Shown piece after piece: positions 1 to 11,747 of a stretch of DNA of 64,000 bases. Under the pieces are notes generated by a model that had not been told where the DNA came from, did not search any database, and saw only the letters and a program-made list of their open reading frames with translations. How positions within the stretch are numbered: position 1 is the first letter of the stretch; every line of letters starts with the position of its first letter. The translations under genes and the position numbers were made by a program. The stretch comes from Perkinsus chesapeaki ATCC PRA-425 (lineage: Eukaryota > Protista > Perkinsozoa): the NCBI GenBank assembly GCA_013115145.1, contig JAAPAO010000019.1:62001-126000 (forward strand), given 5' to 3'.

Positions 1-1616
1 GTTCTTACTAGCCTGAAACTTAGGCCAGAGCTTAAGTTAGTAGACTGTGTTGAGGTTTACTAGCCGCTAGTGGTTATACTTCGTACGTTAGTAACGTAGT
101 TGAAGGTCTGGTTACGGCAGTTGTCTATAGAGTTAGGCATTGTGTTCACTAGTAACTATGGTGTTGACACGTAGCGGCAAGAGTTCCAATGAGGATATAG
201 ACTTACCGAATCGTATCATCTCGAGTGAGAGAATAACTAAGGTTAGGAAGCGTTCCTCGGGACGTATTCGTGCTAAGATATCGAGTCCTGTTCTGAGTGA
301 TCCCAGTCCTTTTCCCCTCTGCGGTTGTCTTCGCCAACTGGGAATTTGCTTCCGCCTATGATTCCAGATCACCGCATCGCGCAGAGAACCGCAATCCTGT
401 ACTCACCACTACTACGTGCTCTTATGTATGATAAGCCATAAAGACGATATGAGCGGCACATGTGGCAAACCACCGGGGGGTATTCAGAAGCTCTTGGAAA
501 TGAATAGTTACGACCCTCATTACGGGCCTACTCGGCTTCACCTCTCTCCCACTCACTGACCAAGTCTGACAGCTTGCTTATAACAGGCTGTGTTGAGGCT
601 CTGTTAACAGAGCCGTGAATCGTGCTCCAACATGCCGACGTTCCTTATCTCGTGATGTGAACTCAGGGATCCTAATTCCTGGTCGTCTGTATTTTGCTGA
701 TACTACTGCTTGCCTATCTACAGTATAACAGTTATATGGTATAGCCTATATTTTACATTAATTTGTTGCATGAATCGGTGTTGAGTAGGGCTGATGGGTT
801 GACTAGACATGTGATAAGGGAAGGGCCGGTATGCGGATCACGCTCTCATGAATCTCACTCACCATTTAATAAATGGCATTTATGGATTCATCCCGTGTAT
901 CTCTAATAATTTATTACTAGAGATTTTCGAATTTAGATCACGTACTCCAAATCATGGGTTTTTGAGGATGAGGGGCGTATGTGGTAGTGATTCAGGAATG
1001 AGAGCCACTGGTTCAACTCACTCCCTGACTAAACAAGTGAGTGTTCACGTAGTTGACCGAGTCGTTCAAGCGATCGTAGCATTCACAAGTTGTGACAACT
1101 ACTTTGGCCACCTGAGTTGGGGGCTCTTACTGCGGCCAGAGCAGCTAGCTGCCCTCATAGCGATTGTAGCCATTTGAGGGTAGCTCATTTGAGAACGCAC
1201 GCTAATTTTATGATCTATACTAAGAATTTCATAAACTATGAACTTCATAGTTTTGTCTCTTCGCCATGCTTGAGGTTACGTCATGACTGCTGTCTCACGA
1301 GAACAGACCACACATCCACGAGAGCAGGGCTTCGGCTAAGCCGAGTCGGCTTGCGCTTCAGCACGCTGCCCTTTTAACATCAAAACTCGTATTGTGTGTC
1401 TCCGTTACTATGTAATACGTAGTATTTATTTACACTAGTTCTTTACACGTAGCAAGAAGGGTGTTGATGAATATGGAAGTCCTCCAATCGCCGCTAGTAT
1501 GCTCTGCGGCTCAGACCTGTCCAGATTCGATATGCACCGAGAGCTGCCTTTCCTAGGGGGAATGAAAATCATTCCGAGGTCCAGTTTTCTCGGTTCAACC
1601 GTGTATTCGTGGAAGA

Positions 1617-2594
1617 GTGGAGTGTCTTCTTGTAGCCAGACGCGGTAACAGCGTCCTCAACGGCCACTGCGGCGTAACGTATGCTAGAACCGGGCTTATG
1701 TGTGCTGCGTTTTGGTACTATCAGGCAGCCACATGCCGGCTGTGTAATTGCACGCGTAGTGGAGTGGAAGAGGGTGTGCGTGCCGAGTTCAACAAGCGTG
1801 CTCTACAAGGCTGTTATACTTCCGCTCATTCATGGTAAGCAACAGTATCTTCGGTGTTATCTTGGGTCTATTGAGTATACTCTACGTGGTTGTTGGTGAC
1901 ATTCAATTGGAGCGTTTCTTCGAGGATCCTCCAGGTTGTGCCTCCCAGAATCTTCCTACTTACCGTTGCTTTTACGCATCTAAGAACCCCTCCGGCTCTC
2001 CAAATATAACGCGTGGCACTGGAAGTTCTCTCTAATACTGGTAATTTGAGTGACAAATTGACCCTGGTCTATGAGGTTCTTTATGAGGATGGGCAGGTGA
2101 TTAACCGTACATCAAGTCTTTATGGGAGTGCCACTGTTAGCATTGATTTGAGGCCATTTGAAGAAGGAAGTGACGAGAAGTTCGAGTTCATACATCACAT
2201 CTCGATTGCCGAAGGCGAGGGAGGCCCCGACTTTGCTCCTCAATGGTGCAAAGTCAAGGGCGACGTCAAGACTACCTACAAATATGGTGATCAATCCTTC
2301 GTCTTCGATAGTAAATGCAACAATAATCACGAGTTTGGAACAAGTATCTACATATTGCAGCGAGAATTCGTTTTCCATGTCGAAGAAGAAAGGACGGAGT
2401 ACGCCTTCCAGGTGCAGCTCAACGTTAATCAGCCGACACATGATATACACCTCTGGGAAACAAGGTATGATTTTGATCCTTATATGCAATATAAGCACAA
2501 TTCCAGCCGTTCAGCAACCTTAATCGCCCAAGGTCCCTTCAGATTGAATGGCAAGTACTTTATATCGCAGGGTGGTGGATCCCGTTCGCTATGA
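1617..2594 (+). CDS. Hypothetical protein, spliced; large terminal exon ~2013-2594, Cys-rich upstream exon
   Basis: 193-codon open frame with protein-like composition (FEFIHHISIAEGEGGPDFAPQWCKVKG...) and an upstream Cys-rich frame ending at a GTAAGC donor. No family recognised; exon junctions not resolved. Confidence 0.4.
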
Positions 2595-4048
2595 GTTCAG
2601 ATTTTCGAGGGTCCAGAGGTAGTGAACCTACGCCAGGTTGCCTGGCTATCGTAATCGGTCGGCAAGATCGTTAACTTTTTACCTTCTTAAAGAGGCAGCA
2701 GCAGACATTGATGTCTCATCTTGTCTTGCTGTGCTCCGAACCTTACTTGAACCAACTCTCACTTACAATTGTAGCTAAAGACCATGCAGGTACAGGTCAA
2801 TAATTTCCCTTATTCACTGGACAGTCAATCGCCATATTTGTTTTGGCTTAAGCAAAGGGTGTTGCGTGAGTCATGACAGCGATTTCTGCTAACCAGCAGC
2901 AGCCGGTTGTATTTGGGTAATTCACTTTTACTGCTTACATTTTACAGACAAGAGAGGAAATGAGTTGGAAAGTACGAGTGCTTGGAGTGACAGCCAGAGC
3001 CGGAGTCGGTCCCTCATATATCCCTAGTAGACCGCATGGCAAATATAGACAGCAAGCTACGAGAGAGCTCCTTCTGGCTCTGCTTTACAAGTGACAAGAT
3101 GGTTCAGCTATTAAAGAGGCATTTCGGTGCTTCCTTACGGCGGAGGATCGACTGTTTGTTATGAACTGTCTGTTCTTAACGGACGAGGTCATAGTCATAC
3201 CACGAGCCACAATGGACCTAAAGTGGGCAACCGCGTAGTGTGAATCCTTTCCCATCTCCGGCGACATTTTAGTTTTGCATCTCGGTCCCCTTGGGGTCCA
3301 AAGCGACTCTTTGAAAGAGGTTGCTGCGAAGAAGGCGGAAGTTCTAGGCTCGCTCGGTTGTTTAGGTACCCCCTTGCGATGGACTCCTTCTGCATGGAAG
3401 ACAGCGCAGTTGATTGCATGGGTGTGAAGGGTTTCAATCTTACTATCTTGGTAGTACATGCTCTGTAGATGTGCTTAAACGTAAGATGTGCGGAAACTGA
3501 GTTTGAGTTCAAATCTCAACAACTAGTCTGGTACTGGTCCGCATTAGGAAATGTAGCACTGTAATCGCGGAACAAGATAGTGGCGGAGAGTTCTATTCGC
3601 GCCACTTATTCAAAGTAGTATCGCGGTGTTTCTGCTTGATTTGTATATCAGGATGGTCTTAACTCTGTCAGCAAGTCCAATATAATTTTTATTAAATCTC
3701 CAGATTTCTCGCTAGGGGGTCGAGGAAGATTCTCTAGGCTAAAAGTTCTATCGATGTACTCCTCGGGTTCGATCTACAAGGAAGTAGGAGAACAACAAGG
3801 GAGAATACCGAATCAGTATTTGAACTTTGGTATGGACTGGCTAAGAGGGGTCATATTGTACTGTACATCCGCCGCAGAGTTAATGGTTTATCTTGAACGC
3901 AACTCCTCAATAACAGTACACACTGGAGTTGAAAACTCTCCACTAGTGGTCCACTAGTAGTAGATCATGCAGCGGAGATGATATCATATTCAGAGGGCTA
4001 TTGAAGAACGCCCAACCGAAATGACCGGGCAAATCCTGCTCAATAGAA

Positions 4049-5398
4049 TCAAACAGCCGATATAAGCAAATAGTACACCGAGCCGGTAAGAGCCACGAGA
4101 GTAGATATACACATGGCTATATCAGAGAAGAAGAAAATCAGAAATGCGGTCCTTGCTGAGAGAGGCGAGCGAGATTCAAATATCTCATCAGTGGAAGTAA
4201 GAATCAGCTTGTGGAAATTACGTCGCCACTTTTCATGAGCTGCCAGACGCCTCTCTTCATCGGGTTCAGTAGATATTCTACCGAGCCCACGAAAGAGCAA
4301 GATGAAAATAGGCATCAGAAGATTTTGCACCAGTGCTGATCTGATAGCCATTAGACGGTCAGCCACCTGGCTGAAAATACTGGGGTTGGCTGCATTATCG
4401 ATGCCGAAGTTACGTGCTCGTTCGATATACTTAGGCCCACCATGATCGATAACTGTTTCACCAAAACCTTTCATAATCATCATCTCGATGCGATAGACCT
4501 TGATCGGTGCCGAGAGGGGATGCCTGAAGCCCGACTTGGTCTCGGGGACAGCCAGGAGCGCTTGTGTCAGAATTGGTCCCAGGCCCATGAGATGATAACC
4601 GAAGGAGTTAAGAAGCACGTTGAAGAGTTGATAGCCTGAGCCAGAGGAGGGGCCCTTGCTATGGTTGTAGGAGTCCAGGGACAGCATGAGGTAGAGATCA
4701 GCCACGAGCTCGGAACACTCTTCGACGGAGTTGCACGGATTGAACTCATCTTCAAGGCCGAGTAGATAACCGATAAAGCGGCAGAGATGGATGTAGGCTT
4801 GTATATCATATGGCGTGAGATTTCTACATCTAAGGTCGTTCTTCACAATGTCTACTGCCATACCAGAAAAGGCTAGAAGAGCCAGCGCCATATCGAACTG
4901 GGAGACCGGCACTCCAACGTCGCATCGCCCAAGTTTATTTATATGATTCCTGGCGACATTGTGCATGACTCTAACACGTCGGAGGCTCTTTCGAGCATCG
5001 GAGTTGGGATCGAACAGATCGGAGGCTGGCGTCATCCATTGGGCGACATGACCAACAGTGTCCTTGTATCGACGACAAGTCGTGAGGAGATCATTAGCGT
5101 AACCATTGGGGCTGTGGATGAGCACATCAGCAAATCTTGATATACGCGCACCGTTGACCAGATTAATGAGCATGGCGTAAAGGAATGCCGGCGGACGCAT
5201 CCCGAAGACTTCCTGACCGTGAAGAATGAGTGTCTTATCTAACCATTTAGGTAGACTGTCATCAACCATGGAGGTACGGCCAACCTTCGTGGAACCCTTA
5301 TCGGGTACCGTGTGCCCTTCCATAATTCGCTTCAACGCTGGGCACATCCCTTCAGGCAGACGAGGAAGAGCGTAATCGGAGCAGGGGCAGTAGGCCAT
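4049..5398 (-). CDS. ER-bound oxygenase MpaB/rubber oxygenase (Lcp)-like DUF2236 heme protein, 449 aa, intronless, C-terminal TM anchor
   Basis: Motifs LPKWLDKTLILHGQEVF, RRYKDTVGHVAQW, SLRRVRVMHNVAR (heme His), PVSQFDMALALLAF and YIHLCRFIGYLLGLEDEFNPC match the DUF2236 pattern. ATG at 5398 (MAYCPCSDYALP) aligns with the start of the neighbouring paralogue. Confidence 0.8.
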   Translation of the reverse strand: MAYCPCSDYALPRLPEGMCPALKRIMEGHTVPDKGSTKVGRTSMVDDSLPKWLDKTLILHGQEVFGMRPPAFLYAMLINLVNGARISRFADVLIHSPNGYANDLLTTCRRYKDTVGHVAQWMTPASDLFDPNSDARKSLRRVRVMHNVARNHINKLGRCDVGVPVSQFDMALALLAFSGMAVDIVKNDLRCRNLTPYDIQAYIHLCRFIGYLLGLEDEFNPCNSVEECSELVADLYLMLSLDSYNHSKGPSSGSGYQLFNVLLNSFGYHLMGLGPILTQALLAVPETKSGFRHPLSAPIKVYRIEMMIMKGFGETVIDHGGPKYIERARNFGIDNAANPSIFSQVADRLMAIRSALVQNLLMPIFILLFRGLGRISTEPDEERRLAAHEKWRRNFHKLILTSTDEIFESRSPLSARTAFLIFFFSDIAMCISTLVALTGSVYYLLISAV

Positions 5399-5412
5399 AC
5401 CAACACAGAGCT

Positions 5413-6864
5413 TCAGCAAAGTTCGCGAGCACGAGTCTGCCTCTGCAGAGTACACAGTGTGAAATTAACGCAACAGGTTTGCAAGCAGCTCAGGACACTC
5501 AGCAATGAGACTATAACCGACACTGAGAGGGCCGCCAAAGATAGTACTACGAAAAGGTCTAGGACGAAAAATACTTCGATCACTCTCATGGGGCTTGGCA
5601 ATGGTATATCGGGCAAAAAGCGGCTTCGGTTACACAAAACAAGATTATCAGAATTTTGCCGCCACAAGTCGTATGCCTTCAATCTAACGGGTTCGTCGTT
5701 ATTCAGGATCATCGGTGGCCCAGAGCCTATTAAGAACTTCAATAAAGGAAAGGTTAGGTACTCCACAATAAGGCCTTTACCGAGTAGAAACGTGTCAAGC
5801 ACGTCTACATACCAACTCGGCCGGCGAGCAGTGTCTTTGCCAAGTCGACGGAATCTATTCCGAAGAACATCTACACCGCCAGCTGTTACTCGGGAGAACA
5901 GGCCTGTTAGAAGATAGACCTCTAAATAGTGGGCACCAGATGGTATCATCTTAGGATGAGCAAAGGCGACCTTTGTGCAACCAATGCAGGGGATACCACG
6001 GGTGACTATAGCGCCCATACCCAAGCCGTAGGTGCTAAAGGCAGTGAGAACAACATTATAGAGGACCTCTCCGGATCCACCAGAGTCGTGATTGACGTAT
6101 GCATCAAGATTAAGAACAAGGTACAAATCAGCAAGGCAGTCGGAACACCTCTTCACGGAACTACAAGGATTGTAGTCGTCTGCGATACCAAGAAGCCAAC
6201 CTATGTATCGCCGAAGATGAATGTAAGCATCGATCTCATCATCAGAAAGATCATCACAGCCCACATCATTTCGGATGTAATATACCGCCATACCAGAGAA
6301 GGCCAGGAGAACTATGGCCAGATCCTACTGTGAGACGGGAATACCCACGTAACACCTGCCGATGTCTTCCACTCGCCGTCTAGCTACCAGGTGCATCGCT
6401 CTCACTTGGAGAAGACTTTTACGGGCAGTCGAGCCAGGGTCGAACAAATCATTTTCCGGCAAGCACCATGACGTTATATGAGCAGCGGTGTCTCGGAATC
6501 TTCGGCAAGTTTGCCGTGAGGATTTACAGTAGGCGTCTGGACTGTACAGGAGTACATCAGCAGACCCCAACATAAGTGAGACCATCGTGGCCAAAAGTAA
6601 CGCGCGTCCTCTCTCATTGAAGACGTTCTGGCCTCGCCGGACGCCATCCGGGTTGACCCACGAAGGCAGATCATCAGGCTTCGTTATTTTTGGGGAGACA
6701 ACGCCTCTGGCAACCTTGGCAAGAGTGACAGTATCTAGATCTCTAAGGGAGAATCCACCGTCATCGGGAATGTCGTGAGCCTTGGCCAAATCTCTTATTG
6801 CCTGGCAGCGTTCCGGTGGCATAAAGGGTAGGGCATAGTTGCTGCCATAGAAAGGACATGTCAT
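5413..6864 (-). pseudogene. Second MpaB/Lcp-like oxygenase paralogue interrupted by an in-frame TAG (6325-6327)
   Basis: ORFs 6325-6864 and 5413-6291 are in the same frame and read VGIPVSQ-TAG-DLAIVLLAFSGMAV, versus VGVPVSQ-F-DMALALLAFSGMAV in the paralogue. Also a ~5-codon deletion (GSADVL vs GARISRFADVL). VRAMH is retained. Confidence 0.7.
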
Positions 6865-7157
6865 GGCAAAGCTTCTGAGAGGACCGTTTTCTTTCGTCAG
6901 GCTCTCGAATGGAAGATTTCCAGGAGCTTTTCTGGACGCGTAACTTCTTTGGGGAGATCATCCGTCCGTATCTCTGGCAATTCCAGCTAGAGATAGAAGA
7001 CTGCAATATTTCAGAAGTAACCGGATATCGAATAATCCGGTTACTCTCGAATATATACTGTAGTATCGGCTTAACAGCTCCCTATGATTGATGAAACGCA
7101 AGGTGTTATCAGCCAGACACAATGACTAGTATGTCACAGCATGTCACGGGTAGAGCG

Positions 7158-8489
7158 TCACTTCTCCAGACCCTTGAGAAAGGTCTCCAAGTGCTGGCCT
7201 TGATGTCTTAAAAAGTCAATCTGACATAGATCATTAAAATCCTTTTAAAAATAGCTTGGTCAAAATCGTCTCAACAATGGAACTTTTCATAGAACATTGA
7301 CATTCATAAAAATTTTCCTTGGATTCAACTGCTATTTCTTGATGATATGTTTTATTAATACGATAGAAATGATTGTGATACGAGAAGTAAGTTCTCTGCA
7401 TCCCTAACTCTTGCATTAACAAGTTATTCTCTATACCAATTAGAAGCAACCGTCGGTAGTAACCAACAGCAGCAGCCCACCTCTTCTTTTCGTTTCCTTT
7501 CCTCTATGTTATTCCTTTCAGTCTCTCTCCTCTCGATAGCTTCGAATCTTCGCTCCAGCTCGCTAAGCTTAGCCTTAAGTGTTCGCTTTTTCTCTCGGAG
7601 CTCGTTCAACTGAGAGGATCTGGGGCGACTTCCTCCCCCTAGAAAAATCTTGCCTTTTCCTCAGCTTCGGCCTTGCCCTCCTCGGCTTGGAGCTGTTTGC
7701 GGGTGCCGAACACGACAGACGAATGGTATCTGATGAGGAGCATCAAAGCCTTGGAAAGAAGAAGAGGTCCGACAAAGTCTGATAGGCGGCGATGGTCATC
7801 CTTATCTCATTGCGAATGCGCAATAGCAATAAGCCTCTCTCGGGGCAATCTAAGGTCACCTGCCTTATCAACTCATCTGAACGAAGAACAGTTATTCAAC
7901 AACTTTAGCTGCTTAAGTGGCGTACCAAAGCATTGGCCGTAGAGCTCCTCCCTCACGGGGCATATGCCGGTCTCGCGAGCTTGCCTTTCCATCAGGCGCT
8001 CATCTAAGGCTTCTTGCAGCTGGATGACGTCCAGCCTGGTCGCCGGTTGATTGTTGACGTGCTAAAAGGAAGCATTGCTGCTCGTGCGACCAAGAAGCGT
8101 ACTTGAATTATATGTCGACCGCGATCCGCCCATTCACGAGGGGGCAGAAGGATATGAAGGACCTAGAGAGCGGGACTAGCTGTACGCATGCGCACGGATG
8201 AGCCAACGTCTTCAGTAGTTGGTTTGCTGTCCATAGGTGGTAACTCGGCCTTCTCGGTCAACTGTGCTGCGATCGCCTCCGCGATGGCCCTATCAGGGTC
8301 AGTTCCCTCAATGCCGAGGAAGTCCAACTGAATCATCAGGAATGAGATACTTCTCTGTCGTGTAACATAAGTCACCTCATCCTCTTCGGGATTCACTGGG
8401 GGCTCCGGAGCTTCCCCTACATCCTGTGGTGGATCGTAGCGCACTAGCGACTCTCTAGGACATTCTCTAGGAAGGACCGCAGTTGCCAT
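7158..8489 (-). CDS. DNALI1: Axonemal dynein light intermediate chain p28 (inner arm), 8 exons, 266 aa
   Basis: Exons 8489-8376, 8327-8208, 8162-8103, 8061-7926, 7876-7774, 7729-7654, 7609-7481 and 7220-7158 splice in frame. They give SLVRYD, LLPPREW, PATRLDVIQLQEALDERLMERQARETGICPVREELYGQCFDELIRQVTLDCPERGLLLLRIRNEIRMTIAAYQTL and IDFLRHQGQHLETFLK. Confidence 0.92.
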
Positions 8490-9420
8490 GATAACTGGAT
8501 TCGGAGTTTACTGCGAAATGAACAGTCGCCCAGAGAATAATATCGAACCTCAACTGGAGCGTTGAGGAGGTTTGATGCAAGTCTAAGTGATAATGTACCC
8601 TTGTTACAGGACTGAGAGCTCTCAAAGGGACATGCTCCCTTCGGTCCCCCTTTTTGCTCAAGACCTTCCCTAGCAAGAATTTCTATCATATCTCCAAACT
8701 AGGAAGTTCCTAGTAGGAACAGTTCTTGAACACTCAGAACCAAGTTTTCTGAGGTCCGGTGAACGCCCGACTTTTTTTGGCGAAAATCCCGCCGGGCAAG
8801 AGAAAGAATACAGCTGTTGCTCATATATTAATTTAATAACTCAAAACAAGAAGGAGATGAAGATGGCAAGCCCTCAGGGCTCCGCTCCGTTTGATGACAG
8901 TAGCTCATTCGAGGCGATGTATAATTATACCCAGTAGAGTTCACCAGCGCCGACTTAGAGCCGGTCGCCGATTGCAGTGGTCTCGGTTGCTCGTGTACAG
9001 CAAGCAAGAGGAAAATGATGCTACGCATCGAATGCGTCACAATCACAGTCAACTGTGTAATTTTTACAGTTGTAAACGATAAGATACAATAAGTTGCCAA
9101 GTCAACTTTAATAAGTGTCCGATAGTGGAGGTATACAAAATAACATAACGAGAGGATTGCAAGGGATGCCAAAGCCTTCCAAGTGTCATTTTGAACCACC
9201 ATTAGACTGGAGTATATCAACTTGATCGAGGGCAATAGTCAATGCCTGCGCGAAGCACGGTGACGACCTTGGCCGGGCTTGCGTACCTTCGACAGTAATA
9301 AGCGAAGCGATGCTGAGCGAGACACCTACGTTTAATTCCATATAAGCCTGACCTTCGACCAGCTCCTCATCGGGATCGTCTGAAACGATATGATGTTATT
9401 TACGGACACTACAAGCCATA

Positions 9421-9445
9421 CATCCCATATATGATATATGGGATG
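9421..9445. repeat. Perfect 11-bp inverted repeat with 3-nt loop
   Basis: CATCCCATATA-TGA-TATATGGGATG, read directly. Confidence 0.9.
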
Positions 9446-10370
9446 GTCGGATAATGGGGATGATCTATAGATGGGATACATGCGTGTGGTCGCCTTTTGG
9501 GTGAGGAAAGGAAATTTCGGGGAAGGTTGGCAGAACTTTAGTCGACCTTTGTATGTTCCAGCCAGGACAATACCGACGAGGAATTTTCCTACTCAACGAC
9601 AGACTAGCATCAGTCCCGTGAGTAGAACTTGAAGCGCGCAACACTTAGGAAAAACGAAAAAACGTGCTCGGTTCATATCTTCAAAAAAGCACACGGAGAT
9701 AACAGTGCTATTATAGCACATAGATGCCCAAGCAAAACAGTTGATCGATCATTTGCCATGTTCTCATCAGTAATAATCAAATCAAAATAATGAGTCACAA
9801 CCGATGAGGTTATCAACTCAATGTCAGCCAACATCTCGCAATTAGCGAGATAGACCTGACAAGGCTGTTGCGGCAGGTGTAACACGTCATCTGACGCAGC
9901 CATGAACCACTGCGGTTAAGCACCACCACGCCTGCCAGGCGTCGCCTGGCACAGCCATAATTCCTCCGCCGTGCAGCCAATCGACTGGGTTACTAGTTGC
10001 TCCCACATACTTTAAAATTCCTCTCCGCACTAAACCCCCCCTCCAACTTTCTGAAAATCCCCTCCTTCTGCGACCCTTAGACCCATATTTGAATAGTATG
10101 AAATGTATGGCGCCCTTGCTGCGACCGACCATGACAATACTGAGTAATCCACGTTCCAGTCTAACCAATTGACACCTTATAGTAACATGTTGATGAGCGG
10201 CCGGTCAACTCCACTGCCCGAGTCTCACGAGCCTCAACACCGAGAAAACCCAAGAAACAAGTTCACAGGTGGACCATAGGTATCGCCACGTGAGACTATC
10301 CCTACGGTTCTGACCCGCCCACGTCAGAAGCCCCGTGCCTATATGGGGCGCCCGTCCTCGACATTTTCTG

Positions 10371-10946
10371 TTACTTCCTGCGCACCCGAGAGGGTTTGCC
10401 GGACTTAACATTCCATGCATGTACTCTAGCACAATGGTTCTGCAGACTTTTATACACACTGTATTGCTTGTTTTTACTCAAGCAATTGGAAAAAGGACAT
10501 CTAAAGGGACCAATACCCTGAGGTACTGTTAGCAACCTGGAATCACCAACTAAGGGGCTTTTTGGGATAGATGTCCCCACACGATCTCGACTCACAGAGC
10601 TATTTACTAGTTCTACGCTGGGTCTTTCGATGGGGTCAGCGTCAGGGACTTCTGACCTACTACTGACAATGTCAGTAGCACCTGCCGTGCTGATTGAGTC
10701 GAGGGGCTCGATGCCATGCCCGCTAGCGGATGTTTCCGTATTCGGTGAAAGACTCGGAAAGTCGGGGTGACACTTGTGAAGGTGTCTCCTCAACCAACCT
10801 ACTGTCTTATACCTTCTCCTACATCCTGAGACGGGACAGAGATGAGGATTTGAGTCCTCATCATCCGCGTTGTCTCCTGGGGCGGGTCTAAGCGGGATCA
10901 CTATTCCAAAAACAGCAGCCACAACTAACTGTGATAGTAATCCCAA
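10371..10946 (-). mobile_element. N-terminal two-C2H2 zinc-finger fragment, probably from an R2/CRE/NeSL-like non-LTR retrotransposon (no RT seen)
   Basis: Intronless frame with CPVSGCRRRYKTVGWLRRHLHKCH and CPFSNCLSKNKQYSVYKSLQNHCARVH. There is an in-frame stop just upstream and no in-frame ATG, and the flanks (about 9.6-11.5 kb) contain only broken frames. The retroelement assignment is inference from architecture. Confidence 0.45.
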
Positions 10947-11747
10947 AGAGGGAGTTATTCCCGCCCCCGGGAGACTCGGTGATGTGGCCTAGACCTCCGC
11001 GGAAGTCTCTGCCAGGTGAATGTTGCCACAATTGTGCAGCGGAAACCCCCCAAGGCTAGACCGGAGGGCCTCCGGGGGAGGCTGGACATTTATAGGTGCG
11101 CTTAGCCGTTTGCACCCCCAAAGGTTAACATTGCAGAAGGCCACATTAGAGGGTGTCGGGGGGGGGCACTGTCGGCGACCTTGGACATTACCTAGGCGCC
11201 CTGGTGAACGCCTATAGAACACTTAACACTCCAGCCTTGGCTGCTGAGACAGCGAAAAACTTGGCCCTGGGATAGTCGGCAAATGTAGTACATCGGAGGT
11301 CCCGATTCGGCGCAAAACCACTCTATTAGAGGACGCAAAGTCCTGACAGGTATTGCGCCCAATGCCGGTCCTGTATCTCTGTATCTCTCGTGGTATTGGG
11401 CCACGAGGTATGGCTGAGCCGCCGCCACCAAAAATCCACCCGCACAGCCATTCGCGTGCGATAAAGCTTGAGCGAATACCATCATGGCCCTATTCAACGC
11501 AGCTTGACTAACACGTTACGACAGAACGATAGAAGGCACTAGTCCTGGAGGGAGTTAATGATAACCATCCTTATTTCCAGCGTTTCAACCGGTTACTTGC
11601 GCATTTGTCTTTGGACATGACTTCTGAGCCGTGAGGAAACATGTCAAGGTTACAGAACTGAAAACTACGTATGTCAAAAGATATCACCGCGCAGCAGGTA
11701 GTTGCTGAGAATGTGTTGTCGCCACACTGTTGCGCAGTGTAAATATG

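Noticed and set aside
9940-10020. KYVGATSNPVDWLHGGG, resembling a GIY-YIG endonuclease motif
   Set aside because: Lacks the conserved Arg and the first GIY strand; short frame in decayed sequence.
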